A stretch of DNA of 64,000 nucleotides from Myxococcota bacterium (GTDB lineage: Bacteria > Myxococcota_A > UBA796 > GCA-2862545), in the NCBI GenBank assembly GCA_039208735.1, contig JBCCQY010000024.1:12431-76430 (forward strand), written 5' to 3'. The notes beneath the pieces were generated by a model. That model was not told the origin of the DNA. It ran no database searches and saw only the letters and a program-made list of their open reading frames with translations. The translations under genes were made by a program, and so were the position numbers. Position 1 is the first letter of the stretch. Every line of letters starts with the position of its first letter. Of this stretch, positions 57,657-64,000 are shown piece after piece.

Positions 57657-59012
57657 ATGGCAGGCCGCATCCTGATCGTGGACGACGAACCGTCCATCCG
57701 GAAGGTTCTCTCTGCGCACCTTCGCCGTTTCGGCCATGACGTCCAAACCGCGAACGACGGCGCCGACGCCATCGCGAGGCTGCAAGAAGGAGCCTACGAC
57801 TTGGTCGTGAGCGACCTGAAGATGCCGGTGGTGGACGGGATGGAAGTGCTCCGCTGGGTCCACACGAACCAAGCAGCGGTCCCGGTGATCCTCATCACCG
57901 CCCACGGGACGGTGGACTCGGCGGTGGAAGCGATCAAACAAGGCGCTTTCGACTACGTCACCAAACCGTTCGACCGCGATGAACTGCAAGGCGTCATCAC
58001 GAAGGCCCTCCGCACGCGAGCCCGGCGCGAATCCCATGCGGTCGACCAAGGCCATACGGTCATCGTCGGCCAAACACCGGAAATCGAAGCGGTGTTTCGC
58101 CTGATTGATAAAGTGGCCGCCTCGCCCACGACGGTGCTGGTCACTGGCGAATCCGGCACGGGAAAAGAACTCGTGGCCCGCTCGATCCACGAAAAATCAA
58201 GGCGCACCGGGGCGTTCATCCAAGTGAACTGCGGCGCGATTCCCGAGAATCTCTTCGAAGCTGAACTGTTTGGCTACGAAAAGGGCGCCTTCACAGGGGC
58301 TGTCACGAGCAAGCCAGGTCGGTTCGAACTCGCCGACGGCGGCACCTTGTTCCTCGATGAGGTGGGCGAACTCCCCCGTGACATGCAAGTGAAGCTGCTT
58401 CGCGCGCTCCAGGAACGTCGCATCGACCGCGTGGGCGGACTGGCACCGATCGACATCGACGTCCGCATCGTCGCAGCAACCAACGTCGACCTCGAACAGG
58501 CGGTCCACGTCGGCTCGTTTCGCCAAGATCTGTTCTACCGACTCTCGGTGTTCCCCATTTCGCTCCCGGCCCTTCGAGAACGCCGAAACGACATTCCACT
58601 GCTGGTCGACCATTTTCGACGAGCGTTTAATGAAAAGCTCTCGAAGTCGGTCCTCGACGTGAGTGGAGCCGCCCTTGCCGCGCTCAAGGATCACGCTTGG
58701 CCCGGCAACATCCGTGAACTCGAGAACCTGATGGAGCGCTCGATTCTCCTCGCGGAGACCGACACGCTCACGCCAGAGGATCTACCTGGATTACGCCCTG
58801 CTTCTCCCGTTGCTCCGGCGCCTCCGGAAGAACTCGATTCGCTCGGTCTCAAAGAGTACGTCCGGGTTCATACGGCGCGCCTTGAGCGGGACCGCATCCA
58901 ACGGGTGCTCGAGGCCGAGGACGGCAACGTGACACGAGCCGCCCGGCGCCTGGGCATCTCGCGAAAGTCCCTGCAAACCAAGATGAAGGAGTATGGACTG
59001 CGCGATCCGTGA
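57657..59012 (+). CDS. Sigma54-dependent NtrC-family response regulator
   Basis: REC domain (DDE, DLKMP, TAHG, KP); GESGTGKE, GAFTGA, FLDE, WPGNIRELEN; Fis-type HTH. Confidence 0.97.
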   Translation: MAGRILIVDDEPSIRKVLSAHLRRFGHDVQTANDGADAIARLQEGAYDLVVSDLKMPVVDGMEVLRWVHTNQAAVPVILITAHGTVDSAVEAIKQGAFDYVTKPFDRDELQGVITKALRTRARRESHAVDQGHTVIVGQTPEIEAVFRLIDKVAASPTTVLVTGESGTGKELVARSIHEKSRRTGAFIQVNCGAIPENLFEAELFGYEKGAFTGAVTSKPGRFELADGGTLFLDEVGELPRDMQVKLLRALQERRIDRVGGLAPIDIDVRIVAATNVDLEQAVHVGSFRQDLFYRLSVFPISLPALRERRNDIPLLVDHFRRAFNEKLSKSVLDVSGAALAALKDHAWPGNIRELENLMERSILLAETDTLTPEDLPGLRPASPVAPAPPEELDSLGLKEYVRVHTARLERDRIQRVLEAEDGNVTRAARRLGISRKSLQTKMKEYGLRDP

Positions 59013-59081
59013 TGGGCCCTTGAGAGAACTCAATGCCGCAGGGGGCGGTCCGATGAAGGCCGCAACAAAGGAGAGACCCCC

Positions 59082-59750
59082 ATGCTGCGGCACCTGATGT
59101 TCGCTTCCGTTCTGATTGGGTGCGATCCCGCCACCGATGACACACCCACGGGCACCCTGACGGGAACCATTGTCCCCGATGGCGACGCCGATACCGACAC
59201 CGACGCGGACTCGGATGCCGACACGGACGCGGATTCGGATACCGACGCGGACTCGGACGCGGATACCGACGCGGACACGGATTCGGACGTGCAAACGACG
59301 CCGTTCGTCTTCGAGTATCGGGGCGAGACGCCGAGTGGATGTAAGGCGGCCTACGACGCTTCATGGAGCCACGCGTCACTCAACTGCACGGATTGCGACT
59401 TCGAACTCGAGTGGTCCGCCGAGGTGGAGTACAGCTTCAACAAGGATGCGACGGTGGTGGCCGCATGCGACCCGTCCGTCCTACAGGACTACTACGTCGC
59501 CTACTTCTTCGCAGGTTCGTCCGACTACTTCGTCGACTACTTCAACGCGAACCTCGACCACTGGGTGCTCACGACCGACTACCCGCTCGTCGGAACGGCC
59601 GTGCTCATCGGACTGGAAGAGGCTGGGGAATTCGAACTCGGCAAGGACGCTTATGCGTACCCCGCAACCTGGACCGAGCAGACGGGTGAATTCAGCTTCA
59701 GCGATGGGTCGGGCCTGCTCTTTGGCTCGGGCGTCTACGTGGCACCCTGA
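59082..59750 (+). CDS. Lipoprotein with Asp-X low-complexity stalk
   Basis: AAGGAG RBS; LIGC lipobox; (D-A/T/S)n tract; Cys-containing C-domain. Confidence 0.8.
   Translation: MLRHLMFASVLIGCDPATDDTPTGTLTGTIVPDGDADTDTDADSDADTDADSDTDADSDADTDADTDSDVQTTPFVFEYRGETPSGCKAAYDASWSHASLNCTDCDFELEWSAEVEYSFNKDATVVAACDPSVLQDYYVAYFFAGSSDYFVDYFNANLDHWVLTTDYPLVGTAVLIGLEEAGEFELGKDAYAYPATWTEQTGEFSFSDGSGLLFGSGVYVAP
59178..59288 (+). repeat. Coding tandem repeat (about 18-nt period) encoding DGDADTDTDADSDADTDADSDTDADSDADTDADTDSD
   Basis: Repeated GAC-GCG-GA(C/T)-(T/A)C(G/C) units. Confidence 0.9.
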
Positions 59751-61975
59751 TGCGTTGGTCGTGGCTTTGGGGAAGTTGGCTCGGATGTTCGACTGCGGTT
59801 CCGCCTGAACCGGACACGAGACCGTCGGTCGTGTTGGTGACACTCGACACGACGCGCGCTGACCACCTTGGAAGCTACGGCTACGCACGGGCTCACACGC
59901 CCATCCTTGACGAGATCGCCTCCCAAGGCGTGCGCTTCGATTCGGCCTACACCACGGTGCCGCTGACGACGCCCGCACACGCATCGATCTTGACCGGGCT
60001 GTACCCCGCTCGGCACGGCATTCACACCAACGGCGATGCCACCTTGCCCGATCTGGCCCTCACCTTACCCGAGGTGCTGTCCGAGACGGGCTACCGGACT
60101 GCCGCGAGCGTGGGAGCGTTCGTGACGACCCGGATGTGGAACCTCGATCAAGGGTTCGACGAATACTTTGACGCAGTCGGGCGAGCCGGTCGCCAAGCCC
60201 GATGGAGCCTCGAACGCCCTGCCGATGCCGTGACCGACGATCTGCTCGGCTGGATGAACGACCTCGATGACGGACCTTTCTTCGTCTGGGCGCACTACTA
60301 CGACCCGCATGAGCCTCATGAGGCCGAAGCGCCGTGGCCACCCGGGGTTGTCGACGCGTACGACGCCGAAATCGCGGAGGTTGACGTTGCGGTGGGACGC
60401 CTCCTGGAGGGGGCTCGAGCCGCCGCGGGAGACGCGGGGGTGGTCGTCGTGGTGGTTGGCGACCATGGCGAGGCGCTGAAGGGTGAACATGGTGAGTTCA
60501 CCCACGGCCTATACGTGTTCGAACCCACGGCTCGAGTGCCGTTCTTGATTGCAGGCCCTACGCCAGGTCCGGGCCGGGTGGAAGAGGAGACGGTGAGCGT
60601 CGTGGATGTCCTGCCCACGACGCTCGGCTGGCTTGGATTACCCGCCATCGACGGGGTGGATGGCGTAGACCTTTCTTCGGCCCGTCACGCCCCGCTTCCC
60701 GAGCGCGCCCCCGTGGTGATCGAATCGAACACCGCATCGATGCGGTTTGGCTGGCACCCCGAAGTGGCGGTGATTGACGAGCGCGACAAGTTCTTCGCGA
60801 CGCCTTCTCCGCGCTTGTACGACCTCGCCCTGGACCCCGAAGAAACCCACGATCGGCTCAGTGAGCCGGGTGACTCAGAACGGGACCGCCGCGTGGCGGA
60901 ACTTCAGGCGGTGGCGGATGAGGTGCGAAGCTATCCCGTGATCGGAGCCTCGGATTCCGTGGTTGGTGACGCCGCAGTCGAAGCTCAGCTCGCAGCGTTG
61001 GGCTACCTGACAGGCCACGTCGAAGGGGTGGGGTCCGACGTCGATGCCAAGGACCGCGGTGAGATCATCGCGAAGCTCAACCAGGCCCGCCTGCTCGAGA
61101 ACGCACGTCGGTTTGGCGATGCCCGGGTCGTCTATGAAGCGGTGTTGTTGGAGGAGCCAATGCTGGCCGAAGCTCGGCTAGGCTTGGCCAAGGTGTTGGG
61201 AGGGCTGGGGCATCGCGAGTCTGCACTCCTGGTGCTCTCCGACGCGCTTGCGGTACAGCCTGATTCGACCATCCTGCGTAGCAGCCGAGCCCGAACCGCC
61301 TTGTCTTTAGGCCGGTTTGCGGAAGCGGAAGCGGATGCCCGGCGTGTGCTGGAGTTGGTTCCCGAGGATGAACAGGCACGGACGACCTTGCTCAAGGCGT
61401 TGGCGGGCCAACACCCCAGCCGAGCGCGTTCCCAGATCGCCACCTGGCGGATCAACGGCGACGACGCCGCAATGCTCGATGCCTTCGAGGGGCAGCTGGC
61501 CCTGCAGGAGGGCGACCTCGAAGCCGCGGAGACCTACCTCGAGCAGGCACGCGCCACGCTCATGCCCCCGCTGGGCGTCCACGCCGGCCTCGCGGCCATC
61601 GCCACCGCCCGGGGGGAGATTCCGCTCGCGGGGTGGCACCTCTCAGAAGAGGTGGCTCGCTTCCCTGATGAGCGTGACGCGCGACGGACGCTGGGCGACT
61701 TCCTGATGGCTCAGCAAGAGTGGGCGGCGGCCGCCTTTGAGTATGGCCAACTCGTGGCCATGGCGGGCGACGATCACGACGCTCGGCGAGCTTGGGCCCA
61801 AGCCGTGTTCAACGATGGGCGGGTCGATGAGGCGGAACGCATCCTGGCGCCTGCGTTGGCGACGTCTCACCCCCTGATTCTGACCCTTCAGGCCAACATC
61901 CTCGCTGCGCTGGGACGGCCCGACGAAGCGCGCGCAACGTTCCAACGTGCCAAAGCTCGCGCGAACGCTCGATGA
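59750..61975 (+). CDS. Sulfatase-like hydrolase/transferase fused to TPR repeats (lipoprotein)
   Basis: TLDTTRADH, PLTTPAHASILTGLYP, HYYDPH, GDHGE, L..LGY; C-terminal TPRs; TGATG overlap. Confidence 0.9.
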   Translation: MRWSWLWGSWLGCSTAVPPEPDTRPSVVLVTLDTTRADHLGSYGYARAHTPILDEIASQGVRFDSAYTTVPLTTPAHASILTGLYPARHGIHTNGDATLPDLALTLPEVLSETGYRTAASVGAFVTTRMWNLDQGFDEYFDAVGRAGRQARWSLERPADAVTDDLLGWMNDLDDGPFFVWAHYYDPHEPHEAEAPWPPGVVDAYDAEIAEVDVAVGRLLEGARAAAGDAGVVVVVVGDHGEALKGEHGEFTHGLYVFEPTARVPFLIAGPTPGPGRVEEETVSVVDVLPTTLGWLGLPAIDGVDGVDLSSARHAPLPERAPVVIESNTASMRFGWHPEVAVIDERDKFFATPSPRLYDLALDPEETHDRLSEPGDSERDRRVAELQAVADEVRSYPVIGASDSVVGDAAVEAQLAALGYLTGHVEGVGSDVDAKDRGEIIAKLNQARLLENARRFGDARVVYEAVLLEEPMLAEARLGLAKVLGGLGHRESALLVLSDALAVQPDSTILRSSRARTALSLGRFAEAEADARRVLELVPEDEQARTTLLKALAGQHPSRARSQIATWRINGDDAAMLDAFEGQLALQEGDLEAAETYLEQARATLMPPLGVHAGLAAIATARGEIPLAGWHLSEEVARFPDERDARRTLGDFLMAQQEWAAAAFEYGQLVAMAGDDHDARRAWAQAVFNDGRVDEAERILAPALATSHPLILTLQANILAALGRPDEARATFQRAKARANAR

Positions 61976-62889
61976 TCCTGGTCCTGCTTGCGATGGCCGC
62001 CGCCTCGGCGACGCCATTGGCGCGGCACCAGTACCCAGCCGCCATCAAGGCCATCACGGCCATGCTCCAACATCAGGATCAGCCGTTTTGGTACGCTCGA
62101 TTGGGCACGGCGCGAGCCCGACTCGGGCATTACAGCGATGCGCTGGGCGCTTTTTCGATGGGGTTGGGCTCGCCGTTTTACGAACGACAGGGTTGGCGCG
62201 ACCACGCCAACGTCTTGCGGGGCCTCGGACAGTGCGAAGAAGCCGCGACGCTACGGGCAAGTTTCGAAGCAACCTTGGCGGTTCCTGATTCCACGCTTTT
62301 ATGGTTGGACATTGCCGAGGACTGGCTGGCGTGCGGCAACCACGACCGTGCATTCGAGGCGATTGCCCAGGCAGAAGCGCGGTCCGAAGGTCATCCCGAT
62401 GTGCATGCCGTGTTGTCGGACGTGTATCGTGACCAGGGGCATTGGGTGGAGGCGAACTACCACCTCGATCAGGCCCTTCTAGTAGCCAATCCCCGGAGTT
62501 TCCGACCCGTGCTGTCTTCGGTGGAACATCGAATGCAGGTTGGCGACCTGGTGGGGGCGGAAGAGCAGCTTCGTTTCATCATCGTAGGGCACATGCGTGA
62601 CACTCGGCTTTTCCTGGCCCGCTCGGCGTGGTTCATGCTTGCGGGCCGGTTTGACGAGGCGCAAGTCTTGGCCGAACGGGGACCGTGGGCGGATCACGAA
62701 GATGTTCGGGTGCTCTGCCGACGGCACGCGGTTCACCAAGGGGTGGGTGATGTTCACGCAGCGGCGCAGGTCCGCCGGCAGGCGCAGCAACGCCTGGGAT
62801 ACGCTCCGCTTTGCCCCGCTGTGACGTGGTCCGAGGCAAAGTTCGATCGTTTAGTGCCGATGGGTTCATCGAGCACGGAGCATCGATGA
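61972..62889 (+). CDS. Exported TPR-like protein
   Basis: Signal peptide; helical repeats; ATGA overlaps at both ends. Confidence 0.7.
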   Translation: MILVLLAMAAASATPLARHQYPAAIKAITAMLQHQDQPFWYARLGTARARLGHYSDALGAFSMGLGSPFYERQGWRDHANVLRGLGQCEEAATLRASFEATLAVPDSTLLWLDIAEDWLACGNHDRAFEAIAQAEARSEGHPDVHAVLSDVYRDQGHWVEANYHLDQALLVANPRSFRPVLSSVEHRMQVGDLVGAEEQLRFIIVGHMRDTRLFLARSAWFMLAGRFDEAQVLAERGPWADHEDVRVLCRRHAVHQGVGDVHAAAQVRRQAQQRLGYAPLCPAVTWSEAKFDRLVPMGSSSTEHR

Positions 62890-64000
62890 CCACGGCGGAC
62901 CCGCCGAAACGTCAGGTAGGGGGATGGCAGCTCCTCGAGGTGTTGGGCACCGGTGCGTTCGGGGAGACGTGGCGGGCGCAGGATCCGTCGGGCGCCCAGG
63001 CTGCGGTCAAGCTGCTCAAGGGGCCGCCCGGCAACGAGCTTCGAGTGCTTTCGCGGGTCGTGCATCCGGCGATCATTTCGGTGCTCGAAGCCGGAGGCAC
63101 GGCGCGCCCCTACTTGGCGATGGAGTATGCGACAGGCTCCACATTGGCCGAGTGTGCCACGCTAACCAAGGCGCAGCACCTGCAAGTCATCGCCGCGCTC
63201 CTGGATGCGTTGGCCGTCCTCCACGCCGCAGGGCTGACCCACGGCGACGTGAAGCCCGACAACCTGATGATCGACGTGCAGCCCAACGGAGAGGTCCAGC
63301 TCAAGCTGATCGACTTTGGACTGGCAGGTATTGGCCAGGGGGGAACGCTCGCTTGGGCGGCTCCCGAACGCCTGCGAGGGGAATCCGCGACGCCGCAGTC
63401 GGATGTATATGCCGCGGGGCTGGTGCTGTGGACGATGCTTCATGGTGAGCTGCCCTTTTCAGAACTTGCCCCCGAGAAGATGCTGTTGCGCCGGCGTTCG
63501 ACGCCTGCGGTCCCGAGCGCGGGCCCGGAGTGGGTGAGGGACCTGCTCGAGGCCATGGTCGCGGTGGATCCAAGCCAACGGCCTGACGCCGCCTCACTGG
63601 CCGATGCGTTTGCGGCTCATGGCGTTTCCCTTCCGACGATCGATGCAGATTGGTTGCGGTATCGGGCGCGGAGCCTGCAGGTGCCGGGGCCGATCGATGG
63701 CGTGGTCGAGCGTTGGCTGTCATCCGGTGGCACGTCGTTGGTGCTTGGCGCGCCGGGGTCGGGCAAGTCGCTCGTGGTGCGTCGGGCCATCGTCGAACTG
63801 TCGGCGCGCGGGGCTACCTGGGTCCGTTTGCAGAGCCTAGGCGGCCCCTGGAGTGCAGTCGCGGCCGCCCTCGAAGACCCACGGTTGCCCGAAGCACCGG
63901 TGAGCCTACCTGCAACGCGTGATCCTGCAGATCGAGCCTACTCCGCCGCGCGCCAGCTCCTGCGACGAGGCGGAAAGGGGCCATTGCATGTGATCGTCGA
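62886..64000 (+). CDS. Ser/Thr kinase fused to P-loop NTPase (runs off the window)
   Basis: Absent from the ORF track. From ATG 62886: LGTGAFGETW, AVK, HGDVKPDN, DFG, GTLAWAAPE, SDVY, then Walker A GAPGSGKS at 63747-63770. Confidence 0.9.
   Translation, partial: MTTADPPKRQVGGWQLLEVLGTGAFGETWRAQDPSGAQAAVKLLKGPPGNELRVLSRVVHPAIISVLEAGGTARPYLAMEYATGSTLAECATLTKAQHLQVIAALLDALAVLHAAGLTHGDVKPDNLMIDVQPNGEVQLKLIDFGLAGIGQGGTLAWAAPERLRGESATPQSDVYAAGLVLWTMLHGELPFSELAPEKMLLRRRSTPAVPSAGPEWVRDLLEAMVAVDPSQRPDAASLADAFAAHGVSLPTIDADWLRYRARSLQVPGPIDGVVERWLSSGGTSLVLGAPGSGKSLVVRRAIVELSARGATWVRLQSLGGPWSAVAAALEDPRLPEAPVSLPATRDPADRAYSAARQLLRRGGKGPLHVIV

Noticed and set aside
59178..59288. Possible CRISPR-like repeat
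   Set aside because: Short in-frame coding repeats without unique spacers, and no cas genes.

Overview
A GC-rich, densely coding bacterial chromosome segment with about 60 genes. I found no rRNA, tRNA, CRISPR array or mobile element. Three Hanks-type Ser/Thr kinases, a tandem-FHA protein, Cys/Asp-repeat and Asp-X-repeat lipoproteins, a vWA lipoprotein, TPR proteins and an NtrC-type activator point to a Myxococcota-like deltaproteobacterium (inference). Recognisable housekeeping genes include trmO, recX, hemB, hemJ, fabB/F, XPB helicase with its partner, phnDCEE, groES/EL and proC. All family calls come from motif recognition by eye, not from searches. The main observations are: (1) a stand-alone ORF (41715-42725) whose motifs run collinear with the eukaryotic mRNA-cap adenine N6-methyltransferase PCIF1/CAPAM, with a DPPF catalytic motif; (2) a probable selenoprotein that the ORF track splits in two, a thioredoxin-fold lipoprotein with in-frame W-UGA-P-A-C and a SECIS-like hairpin (20626-21315); (3) an orphan short flagellin; (4) a DUF455 di-iron/ATP-grasp fusion; (5) a DapA-fold protein lacking its catalytic lysine.
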